Below, piece after piece: positions 40,195 to 53,313 of a stretch of 64,000 nt of DNA. Position numbers and translations under genes: made by a program. The notes beneath the pieces are model-generated. The model was given only the letters and a program-made list of their open reading frames with translations. It was not told the origin of the DNA and did no database searches. The DNA is taken from positions 12,201,222 to 12,265,221 of the forward strand of contig CM082583.2 in NCBI GenBank assembly GCA_040954595.2. Reading direction: 5' to 3'. Numbering within the stretch: position 1 is the first letter of the stretch; every line of letters starts with the position of its first letter. Source of the stretch: Balanoglossus misakiensis (taxonomy: Eukaryota; Animalia; Hemichordata).

Positions 40195-40345
40195 TTAAAG
40201 CCCCAATAGCTGCCATTTTTGTGCATCATTTTCATGAGTTTACTTTCAAACTTAGAATCGTTCCTTTGATTGAGCTAAAAACAGTTGATATCCCAATAAA
40301 AAATACTGAAAAAATAGCCCAAAGTTGGAGTCACTGTAGCTTTAA
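40195..40345. mobile_element. Possible short non-autonomous DNA transposon (TTAA-flanked, Kolobok/piggyBac-type MITE)
   Basis: Bounded by TTAA|AGC...GCT|TTAA. The terminal 17-mers AGCCCCAATAGCTGCCA and (reverse complement) AGCTACAGTGACTCCAA match at only about 10/17. Copy number unknown. Confidence 0.35.
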
Positions 40346-43300
40346 TACATTCAGGCTCTGGTGAGCCACGCATACAACATAAGTGCTATTTGCATTGTAT
40401 GTTTTTTCCCTTTCAAGAGGTGGAAAGCATTTCGTTTTACAAATATCTGCGTTGTTACTGAATCATTCATCAGTCGCTCACTCACATCGACTCAGCATGG
40501 AGTAAGTTTTTAGATTAATGCTGTTACGTTGTAAGCAGGATTATTTATGGCGTTCATAATTAAATCTAGCAGCCTGGCACATTAAATTAATGTCTTGTAA
40601 CTGCTAGAAGTGTCAGACTTACATCCGAGTTATGGGCCGTATTCCAAAATTTCATTATTGACGAAGGTCTCAGATTGATGCATACACTGAAAAAAAATGA
40701 ATATTTCCAGACAATTAATGAAAAGGGTGACGTGAACCGAAAAGATAAATCAATATTCATGAAGCCAATTCCCTGAGTTTGAAATTATACATTTTCATCA
40801 CTGGAGTTGTCAGGTGTCAAATTTTTGCAGAAAGCATGAAATTACATTTTCATTAAATTGTGCATTTACAGGAAATTAACTGAACATAAAACTCGGTAAA
40901 TTGTACTTTACTGGAATCATAAATCTGTCTGTGTTGAAAAAAAAGTGGAAAACGTTGCACTTTGAAGTGTGAGAGCTGCTTAGCGTGGTTATTATTACGT
41001 GCAAAATGATTACAACCCAGGATTTATGGGCGATGAGCTTCCTATATGTGAAATGCATCCAATTATCTGTTTTTAGGACATTACTGTCTTATCTGCCAGC
41101 CTGTATGGGGAAAATCCCACGAAGCATATGTGAGCACTAATATTTCAGCAGACACCATATTTTATGATGCTTCGCCACTGGCACGAGGAGAATTTTGTGA
41201 GACATTTTTATTGTGAAATGCAAATGAAAGAGATCTGTAAAGCGACAGACATGAAGGTGGCATTTCGTTAGGGATTTTGCACCTCCAGATATCTGGAGTT
41301 TTATCACTTTTATGGAGAGCATCCTGGCCTTGGGGCGGTGGTGGGAGCAGTCGTATTTTTACGCCGATTTGACTTCATTGCAACAGATTGTGCACGGGCA
41401 GTGTGCGTACAGTTTCCAAAGTGAGCTGCTATGGTACAGTGGAGGAATTGATAGTTCTCAGGTACTGGTGTTGTTTCTTTTTTTTGGCAAAGTCTTGATA
41501 ACTGACTACCGTTATGGATTGTGATGCATCAGTGTGTGAAAAGATTGCCAAGCTTGTGTGAATTGTTTATCGCACAGCCGTGAAACACGGTGGCTTTATC
41601 GGTATTTTAAAGCCTTGGTGGGACTAGCTGCGCACGACTGGAATTACTGAACATTTTGTAACGTGTATACTTGTGTACACTAAGTGCTACCCATAGCAGT
41701 GTCTGGCAGTCCACATTATCTGCATGTCTTGTTTCAGATCAATGTTTTTGGTTTCACATTACAGATAAAGCTGCTTCCGTTTACCAAAATGTATGAATAT
41801 TGTGGGTGTGTGTATGTTTCAAAATGTTCTTCTCCCAGGTGTGATCAATTTCAATGTAAACTTAAAAATATTGAATATACATGTAATCTGACAGTGTTAC
41901 AATGATGTTAGTGTATAGCCTTTCCCCCAATTTCTGTATGTGTGTTTTAATCCTCAACACTGAAAACAATGGGACTGAACAGAACCACAGATTGTCTGTC
42001 GGTGAAGGTCGAAAATAACAATTTTCTGCCCTTCTCTGAAACAGCAAATCTATCATGTACCAGTCAGTCTCAGGGGAATTTGGCATCAGGGCCAAATTAA
42101 AAAGAAATCAGACAAGCGGACGAATCCATGGAAACTAATGTTTGGCAGAAATTGAGTGCATGTTTGTGGTTTATGACAATGTAATTAGTGCGCTGGGAGG
42201 CAGAGGGGTGAGAGGTAGCCGGCGAAGCAAACAGGGGTGGAATACAAGTCTGATAATCAGAATTCATCAGGTTTATTGTGAACTCTCCCCACGGGAGGTG
42301 AAATAATTATGTACCTGTATGTTAGAGGGAGTGATTGCATAGCTAATGAAGTAGTTGTATTCCCATTGAGGGTTGGCTTTCACTGCAATTACACTGATAT
42401 TAGTGGTGATTGCGATCTCCTAATCTGTACCGTTGGGTTCGTAAGGTCTCTGAAATCTGTGTACGTTGTGCAGTTTTTAATCCCCGTCAGTTATTATGAA
42501 GTGAACTGTACCGTGACTTTCGTTTTCAATATTTCATCTTTAGGTGACTCTCTTTAAGACCCTACAAAAACACCCAAACATTTTTCTATAGGATAAATAT
42601 AACTTTATAAGCTCAGGCCTAGCTCAAACGTTAAATTGGGAGTGTGAGCAGGGTCGATGTGGTGCATTACAAAACATGTAATAGGCAAGTGAAAATATTG
42701 TTGAACGGTGTAAAAAGAATCTTGCATAATACACATGGGTTCCTGATAAATCCAGCAGTATGTAGCTTTCATGTTTTGTCGCAAGAGAGTTTGGCAACAT
42801 GTTTCATTTTTTTTTACTGTATAAAGGGAACCCTCGGCATTCTGCAGACCGACACACAGCATTGCTGCATGAAAAGAAAATATTTCTGGAAAAAGAGAAA
42901 AATTGAATAGAGGATCGGAGCTTTCACTGAAATGTCTTTGTTTGGGAAAAAGATGAAAAACACCACAGTGGTGCATTTTCTGTGTCGTATCCGGAATATT
43001 GAACATCGCTGGCGGGCTTGAAAATATATCTTTTGCAAGCCTCAGGCCACAGATGAGAGATTTGTATGATCAACTCTGTATTCATTAGGCAGACGGTTCA
43101 ACAGAAAGCATTGGGTCTTGTACACAGGCAGACAGATACAATGGTTTTCTTCTGAACGAGGGAAAGAAACGTTAGCGCAGACGGGCGCGACCTTCGTGTA
43201 GTTCGTCTGAAGTGGCTGGGGCTGCTGCAAGGACAACTTAATGCCGGAGTGTTTTTTCTGCGCCTACAAAGTAAGGATTATTTTATCAGTTTTGAGATAA

Positions 43301-46300
43301 GTGGCTTGCTTTGGTTTAGCACTGGTTGTGTGCAAAATCTCGTATTGATACACAGCGTCTTGTAAGGACCACCACTAGTATATCACAGACACTCTGATCG
43401 GTTTTGTTGCTGCTGTTAAACCACAAATTTTGCTTCTGTTTCTGAAGCAGGCAGGGATGTACAAAATAGCTGGCAGCTATTTGGAAAAAAAGACATTTTT
43501 TCTTATATTGCAATCTGGGGAAAAAAACATGAAAATTTGTATTTGTGTCCTGAAGGTTTCGCTGAACGTTTAGTTTAGTGGTATCTGCTCAAGGTATTTC
43601 ATGCCTGGTTTGTGCATTGATTGGGAAACACCTAGAAGCTGTATAGCCGAGATTGATTGAATGGTTGTCAGTGATCAAATCTCCAGTCTGATGTATTTTT
43701 CATCCGTGTGTAATTAAGTAAGACAAGCTGTTTAAATACTGGAGATGCATCCTCACTTTGGGGTAATAAAGAAAGATGACAGTGAGAGGCATTTCCAATC
43801 AAGCTTATGATGCCAAATGGTATTAACTTACATTTTTCTGATAGCCTCGCTCAGAGAGTAATGTAGACGGATATGTTTGCCCAGCGATCAGTTGTGTTTG
43901 TGGATGCTTGCAAACATCTGATACCGCTCTTTATACTGATAAGGTTTGATGAAGGAAAGGAGGGAGAAAAAATCAATGTGTTTACTTTTGTTGCAGAGTA
44001 ATATAGAATTACTGTGAATTTATGGTATTGCTGTCGCGAAATTATTAATTTGATCACCAGATGTGTTGGTTTGGGGATAGTTTAGCGTCTGGTAATCTTC
44101 TTGGATTTCAAGATCACTGGTGGCACTTATACGGGTGCATTTGGCTGTTGAGTCATCCATCATCTGTCTGTAGTTGCCTTCAGCCTTGCAGCAGAGCGCG
44201 CACGCGGGCCAAAGTTGATGGGGTTTTTATCGGGCGGTCTCTCCTCATTAGCATATCTACTGTTGAAAGTTTTCGATGGGAAGCTGAGTGCATAAAACGT
44301 CACCCCTGTGACCTCGCAACAGCTTCTGTCTGACAACAGTGGTCATTGAAGTGTGGAGCTGAAGTAATTTTGCCCAGAGAGAGAGAGCAAGCGAGCAAGA
44401 GAGAGAGAGAGAGGAAAAAACAAACCTCTGTTTAAACTGCTTGTACTACAAGACAGATGCGCCCATGTTGGCACCCTTCGCATTGTAATCAGACTTCCGG
44501 TATTCCAGACGCTTTGAATTCCCAGTTCCCCGTTCACAGTGTGTAATGACCCAGGATGAAGATTATGCCACTTTGCAATTTTCTGCCCAATTCACCTGGC
44601 AAATTCTATTAGGGGAAACTATTAGGAAATTTAAAGAGACTATTTAATCCCTGCAGGAAGGGATGCCGCAGTTCATGAAGGGGCCTTTCTGTCTCCGTGC
44701 GTGTCAGATTTTTTTTTCATTTTTCGTTGAATACTGAAAGCGTCTTCCATCAAAGGGGAATCGTGAAAGGCAGTCAGAAAGTCACTATTCAGGAAATGTC
44801 AATAGTGCAATAAATCTGCATCCAATATAGTCTCGGTACAACCTGGCTGGTACCATGTCGGTGTTGCGCACAAAGGAGAGACATGTGCGCTGCCAGTTGA
44901 CCATGGAGGGCTTCTTTGTTGCAAGGGATGTTACATGTAAATAACATTCAGCCCCCTGATTGTTCGATTCTTGTGGTCCGTCGAGGAGAATAAAGACTCA
45001 CAAAATAAACCCAGGACAATCTTCTGCCCCCATGTCTGTTCTCTAAACTGTAGTCAACTGTTTGTTGAGTTTTTTTCTTCCCCAAGCCAGTGGTTGTTTT
45101 TGTCGTCACACCGGTTCTGAGTTTTTTACTCCACTTGAGGTAAGACCAAGAAATTTGCTGTGAATCCTGGATCAGTTGGAAGTTGTGGAGAAATCATCCA
45201 TTGATGAAAAGATGTTAAACATGGATCTATCATCTTTAGCCATTACAGTATTTGAACACTGTCAGTGAGAGGCTGAGGGTAATCCTAATACATCTTCTGT
45301 TGGAGTATGTTTTTGGTGTTACTGCATATTTATTGGTACATCAGCACAGATACATGTACTTTATGGAAAACAGAAGCATTACTTGTGTGGCCGATTGGTC
45401 GGACGTGCCCAGTATGTGGTCCGAGCGCCCCACTCTGCTGCTGGCCACAAATGCATTATCACCAACCACGGCCAGCCCACCTATTCATAGAATGGTGCAT
45501 TAGTGCATGAACTCACTGAAACTTTGCATTTAATTTGATCAGCAGAGAGCAGGAAAGTTTTGATGAGGCTAGAAAGTTACACGCCCCGCTGTGCCATTGG
45601 CAGTTCCCCACCATTGTGTTGTGATGCATGCCACGGTGATATCACTTGTAAGAAACGGACATGGTCAACGACAAAAGGCCAATCTGTATATTCAGAGCTT
45701 TCAGTTCAGCCTGTGGTGTAGAAGGGGCAGAATTCCATTCTTGCATGCTGCTGAATGAAATTACCCTGCAAGGTAAAATGAGCATGTCTGTATATCAGTG
45801 TCAGTGCTGCCAACGAGACTGAAATCAAGTGAGCGTGACTTCACCAATGATTACTGGTCTGTAGACAGAGTTTCCTCTAAATGAATACAAAATTCCCCCT
45901 CCCCTCCAAAAAATTTGTACTTGATCATATAAAAGCTATGTATATATCTGATTGGCAGAGTTGGGAGGCAGCGTGCCATTGCCTGACACTATTTCCATAC
46001 TATTTAGGGTTTAGTTCAGGGGATGACTGCTTAAAAGTTACAGTGCTTTTGCCGACCCAATACAACAAGTTTTGTATTTCTGAGACAAATTTGTTTTCCC
46101 CCTCTAGCAAGTACATGTATTGGCAAGTTGTCTTAGTGACTATGTTGCTTCTTGCAGCGAATCCACTGAATCTCTGCTTTGTTCCAATCTCTTCCATGCA
46201 TCCAGTTTTGTAAGTTCTAATCCGGCAACAAGGCCGCACACTCAACTTCTTGAGTCGTTGTTTACATTCTGAGCTACCGTAGTCATATTGGGGCTTTGAG

Positions 46301-49300
46301 AAGTAAACTATCGGCCTCATAATATGGGAGTGCGTTGTGTGATCCGGGGCTGCTGGTCGACATAATCCAGGGAGTGATGACAGACTTTTCCTGGAAGCTT
46401 TCCGCGGGTGTATATTTCGCGCAGTCTCGTTGATGGGGATTTACGAAAAATCCACCCTGAGAATGAAACCAGTGGTTTGTGGAGAATACAGAATGTCCCA
46501 TAAATAATGAATCCGGATGGCTTTTTACCTTCAGGCCAAGGTATCATGATCCGTTTGGAGCACTTGCTTCTCAGAGCTCTGTTCCGTCATCTGGGACATT
46601 TGCGTGTAGGTGCGTTTGTGCACTTGTAAATAATTCATCCGGTTGGTTCCGGAGAAGAGGGGAACAGCGACTATGCTGGAAGATTCGGGGCCGGATTTTT
46701 CAGAGGAAAATTAAACTTCTTCTCTAGCGTTGAAGTTCTCAGTCACTGCCAGTACGGGTGCACCGCATTCGAATATTTGTTTAAAACTTAACCTTGAAAA
46801 GTGAAAGGGGATTTCAATGGCACTTGGCAATTGTTGCAGGGAAGGTGTAACCTGATGCTAATGCTTTAATCCCAAGCCCCGGTAGTAAGTGCAATGCACT
46901 GGAGGAAATAGGATGGAGAGAGAGATAGGCTGGGTATCAGTTGTCAATTGTCTCCTAACAAGTCCTTGAGGTTGTCAGGCATACTTATAAGTACTATACC
47001 GGTGACTGATAACAGGTTTTTTCCTCCCCCCCCCCCCTTCCATTGACAAAACTGGGAATACGTTGCCAGATCCAGTCTGTCTCCCCAGTACGATTCCCTG
47101 ACTGTCGATGCCGTTCTCAGCAAACCGTACTGTTTGCAGTCCTGTGAGGAAAATTCAAACCGGGTGCACAGACGATGGTGATGTGAAATCACACATGTGA
47201 GCTCCCACTGCTGGGATTTACCCGCTTTATGCCGCGTCTGTTTTGTGAACCACTTTGTTTTACGCTGGCAAGGACGGACAGAACACGTGCACATGGACAT
47301 AAACGGTAAAAGAGCTGATGCGCTGGAGAATTCAGCGTTGAGAGCTCATCATAAAACTCTTTGCGCTGTGTAACACTCAATGTTTTCAGTTGCCACCTAA
47401 GACGAATAGAAGTCAGCAACCTCTTTGCTTCTGGTAGGTGAGTCTCGTTTCGGAAATAGCTGGCTGACCGAGTCTATTCATGGCTGATGTTGATATAACT
47501 GTCAGTGATAGTCATGGCACACTTCTTTCATGTTAATTCATCCTGTTGTGGCCATCTCTCAGCCAGAATTGATTGGTCTGCAAGGAGAAATCCTGTCCTG
47601 AAATTAATTGTAATGGCAAAAAAATTGCAAGAAGGACTAAAAACCAGACCAAAAGTTACAGCGACATTGTTTGGTTCTTTTTGTTTGTTCGCAAGATGAG
47701 TGATGTTATTCTCACATTCTGAATCATCAAACAAACAGTTCAAATGTCTTATTTGTTCACTTTGTGTGAATGCTTAATGTCCAACAAACCAGACCAACGA
47801 TGACATGAATTAGTCAGATTTCAAACATCTACTACACATCTATTTCCTTTAATGCTGGTAATAATTCCATTAATTTATTCATACCCATGTGAAAATAACA
47901 CGCTGTACTTGTTTCCAACTCATTTCAGTGGAGAACACGATCTGAAATGATTTGCAATTTTTCAATTACAACTTTTCCTCTGGGAACAAAAAAACTACTC
48001 CCGTGATAGAACAATCAAGACCTGAACTAAGAAAGGGAATGGTTGCACAAAGGTGTCTTGAAGTTGTCAATCTTACATGTAAAGAGGCAGTGGTTTTGCG
48101 TGCCCACTCTATAATTGCCAAGGTGAAAGGTCACCAAAGCACCCATTCTGGAGTAGTAAATTGTGTGAATTATTTGATAAACTACTTTCAAGGAGCACGG
48201 ACCTTGAGTGTTAGAAAGAGGAAGTCATTGGCGGTAGTTGTGTAATGGATGTTTAGACTCTCATACAGCCCCCTTGCTGGTTGCTCCAATGCCCTTATCC
48301 TTCTAAGCCATGCTTAGCTCAGATCAGCTGGGTAAGCTTAAAGGTATACGGTCACCTAATACAAATTGAGATCTAGCCAATGACAGATTTTCAGTAGGTG
48401 GCACTCAGAAAAAAAAGCGGCCACCATAAGTTCTTTAGAACATTCAAATACTCCATTTCAGCTCAATAAGAATTAGAGTCAGTGGTACTCAGTGCTCATG
48501 TTGTAAAACTATAAACATAAAATATTAACATTAATATCCAATATTATTATTGGTTTGTGAGTCTATATGAAAGAAACAGGCATCTCTCTGTCCAAGGTGA
48601 ACGAAATACATATCTTCCACAGAATTGTACAGTGCCTCTGTCAAGCTGAAACTTTCAGTGAAAGCACAAATTGTTAAATTGAGTGTTTTGGGAGAGAGAG
48701 AAAAAGAGGGGAGTACTACTACATTTACTGACATGTTAAGTGGTATATCAGGTCAACATCCTTGACAAAATGGGCAGTGTGCATTGTGAGTGTGGTAATT
48801 GATTGCTGTTGGAAAGTGGCCATTTTGCTGCCACCCACAGCATTCCGGGAGAAATTTGCAAATTGCCGCAGCTGATGGCTACATCACAGTTTTTGATGAG
48901 GTCGTTGGAGTCAACATCTCAATTTAGATGGTCCCAGATTTGATCATGTCGAGGAGTTGTGCGCATCTTAATGGAATTCTAACAAGCACCCTTGAAGTAA
49001 TCTTGTGTTTTCCTGCGAGTTTGTGTTTTTGTTCGGTATACATGTACCTGCATCGTCGGCGGGATGATTGTCGCATCGCGCTGCGGTGTAGGACTTGTTC
49101 GCCGCAGCAGTTTCGGTGCATTCCCGTTGTTGTTTTGGGTGTGGTTTGACCTCAGTCCTGGAGTGAATTGTTGGAATTGCACCTAAAAGGATGAGTATTT
49201 CAAGTACTGCATTAAAAAGTTATCAAAGTTCAATGGACATCAAAGGGACTGAGAAAGAGAAGAATTGGTGTGTAGGGGTTTGTGATGGTTCCAGTAAGTG

Positions 49301-49755
49301 TTTATCTTGTGGGCCCGTGAAAAGTGTTCAGTATAGACAGGTTTCTGGATAAGAGAGTTTATAGTTCAGACGAGTTCATCTTTTCACACACAGTGAGTCA
49401 AGTGATGACATATAGATGAAGATTTCTGATTTCAAAGTTCTAAAATGTATAACATAAGGAATATTATGATTGGCCACGTGTTTGATTTGATGCCGTAGGC
49501 CAGTACTCACTGTTGTAATTTGGTTATGGTGATTTATTTTGATTTTGGCCCGCTTTAATCAAGGGGTTTAACTAAGAGAGATGGAGGCGAGGAGGTGGCA
49601 AGAAACGGCTATACTGCATACGCCCGCTACGTAACAACCTTCTCAAGTACTACTAATGGAATTTAGAGGAACTTAATCCCCCAGGAGAAGAACACACATA
49701 CCCCAAACATAACTTCATCCACCGTCTTTGCATAATCTCCAGCCAGAAGGTGTTA

Positions 49756-49769
49756 GTTACCACGGCAAC
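49756..49769. promoter_or_regulatory. RFX X-box motif
   Basis: GTTACC-AC-GGCAAC fits the consensus GTNRCC(N0-3)RGYAAC and lies in a CpG-rich patch. Confidence 0.55.
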
Positions 49770-50668
49770 GGTTTTAGCGAGGCTCAGGTCGGTGTCACTT
49801 TTGATTAGGGCCGGCAGACTGACAGTTAAAGCCCCGCAACATGCTCTGCGTCACGGCGCAAACGCCGGCGAGTTAGTTGCAGAATTAGATCCACTTAAGT
49901 ACGGTTGATTGAGAGCGTTTAAGCCCCCTGTCACTTTGGTCGGAGAGCTCCGATAAAGACATATCCTGCTCTGTGCGTGCGGCTAACACTCGGTATTTTG
50001 TCAGCATATCTTTCAAGCTGTAGGTGCATCCAAACAGCGTTCCCCCTTTTGCAAAAGGTATGTTAAATTTTGAATGTGTGTTTTTCATTTTTCATGCAGG
50101 AGTCAAGGTAACATGTAGATTTTCCACTGATCGGAAGAGAAAATTACAGCAGCATACTTGATGTGAGTGCGAACTTATTTCCTCAGATTTTTTTTTCAAA
50201 CTTGTATTGAAGGAATGTGTACTTTCCTTGAAGATTATACTCAAAAGTTATTTAAAAAAGTTAAAATGTATCATTTCTATTCGGGAGAGTCAAGGGCAGA
50301 CTGAAAATCATATACTTGTTAAAATCATCATGAAGCTGTAGTGATGCTTGCAAATCAAGGAACAAGACGGTGCATTTTTCCACTGGTTTATTAAAAATCA
50401 TTGTGGACAGTACAGTTTTTCCGTGCAAAGAATAGTGATTGAGTCACAAAGTGACACATTTGTTAGATTTACGGAGCTAAAGCAGATTTTGTGTAATAAA
50501 ACACAGGATAAACATGTCAGTCAGAGTGGCTGTAAGGAGATTGGAAATTTTCTGCTTCTGACACATTCAAAGGTAATGCTGAACTGGTCCAAGTGTAGAT
50601 TTTTTGTGTTGTTTTCTGTTACTGTAGATTAATGTGCGTCACTAGTGTACATTTCTTCACCTCATCAA

Positions 50669-50681
50669 AGGTCATAGGTCA
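50669..50681 (+). promoter_or_regulatory. Perfect nuclear-receptor DR1 element
   Basis: AGGTCA-T-AGGTCA. Confidence 0.5.
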
Positions 50682-50889
50682 AATGCAGTTGTGCACTGGA
50701 GGGAAAACAGCTATCTCAAGGAGTGCAAGTGTGTAATTTGATTTCTGTTTCAAGTAGATGTCGCAAATTGGCCTCTTGAGAAATAACTTCATTTTACTGC
50801 AATAATATCAGTCCCATTAACCTGGGATGTAAAATGCTGAGTGCCTTATTTGCTGTCAGCAATGGACATGTCTGTAAATTAAGGAAAGA

Positions 50890-50903
50890 GCGCCACCTAG
50901 GGG
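50890..50903 (-). promoter_or_regulatory. CTCF-like motif
   Basis: The - strand reads CCCCTAGGTGGCGC, one mismatch from CCACTAGGTGGCGC. Confidence 0.45.
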
Positions 50904-52993
50904 TAATCATAATCATATCCCATGATGCCGTGCTTCAGAAAAGGGAACTGCACAGTTGAAAGAAAAGGTTGTTCTGCATCGTATTGAAATAAATGCAAAA
51001 CTTCAAAAGAAGCAGCATGTATTGTCCGTCCAGTGAGATCAGTGAAAACATATGGATAAGCTGATTTTCTGAAAATGGTTGATGAAGGGCTGTTTCTGGT
51101 CTTAAACATGCCTTTCAGAAATAGGGTTCCAGTAGGACCTCGTTAGCTCATTGGAGTGCCTGACACTATTGAAATCACTTTTGAATTTCAACCTTTTACT
51201 TTGTCTCACAGAACCAGTTCAGGGTCGGGGGTTGAACTAGGTTAGGGTGATTACTGGAAACACCTTTTTTTCTTGGCCATGTCTCTGAAGATTGGATGGT
51301 ATTTTTGGGTAAGGAAAAATGCCAAGAGACACAGCTGCAAGGCCATGAATCAGCCCATTGCACGGAATAATCATCAGTCAAATTGAAAAATGCACAAGCA
51401 GAAAAAAAATCCATCTGTGAAATAAAAGTAACACAAAGAGTTGATGGGAGCCTAGGGCTTTTGTTTTGTTGGAGGCTGTGAATTATATTGGTAGTTTCTC
51501 ACTTTCCAATGGATCTGCCAAGAAAGCTGTAAATTTCAACTGAGAAGATTTATTTGCCTTGTCAGTAGTGGCTGGGAACAATTAAAACCACTTTGATTTG
51601 TGAGTTTGCTTCCAATTGAACAAAGTGAGTGCTAAAGTACAATCACTTCCCCTCCACAAATCAGAACCAGAAGTCTCCTCTCTTTACTCCTGTTGGTGAT
51701 TGACATGACTTGAGGTGACAGCGCCCTCACTGCATCTATCATCCCATTGTCTTTTGTAAAATGCCATGACTCTGGCGACCTTTAGCACCCAATCTGTGAG
51801 GTGTGAACATTTTCTACTGAGTCTTCAATCATGTTGACACATACTCAAAGACTTCTGCTGCATATACGCGGGAACATAGTAGGCAGACTCGGACACATCA
51901 TGAGTTGTACTATTTAAATTTTTATGTTGTACACTTTCTATAATATACGTAATAAAATCAAGTCATCCACTGGTACCCCATTGTGTTGACCTTTGCCCTA
52001 TAACTGGGGAGGGGGGGCATAGAGGGCGCCAAACATACCTTGTCATTGACAGATCTATCTTTCTGTTTTTTATTGCATTTATTGTAAATTGCTCAATTTA
52101 AATGATGTCTCATCGGAACGCTTTGAATCATCAAACTGTGATTAAAAAAAGTTCTTGTAGATAAAGAGGGCGATACACATAAATTATCTGTTGAATGACG
52201 TTACCCTGAAATGAATCACTGTTTTGGAAACTGCTCTAAGCATGTTACGTATCATTTTGATGTTTTTAGTCTGGTGACAAAAAAGATAAATCAAAATTCC
52301 AATGAATAGAGCTCTTCAGGAGCAGCTAAACTCACTGCCTTTTGTCCTCTAATTGACTAACATTCGAAATGTGACCCCACGTCAGTACAAATTTGTCGCA
52401 GACATATATCAGCTTATCGGTATGATAATTCCTGAAAGGTCCACGTGTGAAATTTCTCACCCTGGGTGACACTTGTCAAAAAGCTGTTCTGAATATTTAA
52501 TGTGGGTGATGTCAGCTGCGATGTCAAACCCAATTTGGAACTGAGTCATCAGTCAGCGAAACCCTGGTATTTTATTTTTTCATCAGAGAGCAGAGAGCAA
52601 CTTGGAAATGTTTCATTCCAATTATGGCAGTATATTCCATGGTTGGTGGGTGGTACATCATCATGTAATAAATATTTCACACCAAATTCTGGTGGAAATA
52701 GGTTAGCTCAGCTGTGAGCTGTTGTAAATTACGTAGAGGGGGATTTCATTTGGGTTTGCTGGGTGAGCAAATAAAAAGCAGACAAAAGGCTATGTTTGTG
52801 CAATCAGTCTCTGTTTGTGGTGTTCAATTTGCTTGCCCAAACAAGGCACTGTGATGAGCTCCCCAAAAAAGAGAGAGTGTTCATTTGCACATTGGTGTAA
52901 TTTTCTCTGTTGGTGTGAGGTAGAGCCGCAACAAAACAATTGAAGAATTGAATTCAAACATTGGTTTTCGGTTCCATTTCTTTGTGTGTATGG

Positions 52994-53061
52994 GAATGAA
53001 TGAATGAATGAATGAATGAATGAATGAATGAATGAATGAATGAATGAATGAATGAATGAAT
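52994..53061. repeat. (GAAT)17 tetranucleotide microsatellite
   Basis: 68 bp of uninterrupted repeat. Confidence 0.97.
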
Positions 53062-53246
53062 AAACTAACCAATTTTTTTTTAGTAATGAATGGGTTTAAA
53101 AGCAGAAAGAGATATCTGAGATATCTCTTGGTTGATTGATAATTGTGTATGTATTTGCAGGCAGCTATAATGTGTGATTGTCTATTGTCCATCTAACTAA
53201 AACTGGTTACTGTACTGTTGGCGGAATAAGACAGAAATATTCATGT

Positions 53247-53313
53247 GTTGTATCTACAATGAGATAACTCTCTACTGAAATTCTGTAGAGAGTTATCTCA
53301 TTGTAGATACAAC
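53247..53313. repeat. Perfect 29-bp inverted repeat with a 9-nt spacer
   Basis: GTTGTATCTACAATGAGATAACTCTCTAC - TGAAATTCT - GTAGAGAGTTATCTCATTGTAGATACAAC. Confidence 0.95.

Noticed and set aside
44962-44970. GTTCGATTC B-box-like motif
   Set aside because: No A box, acceptor stem or cloverleaf around it, so no tRNA or SINE call is supported.
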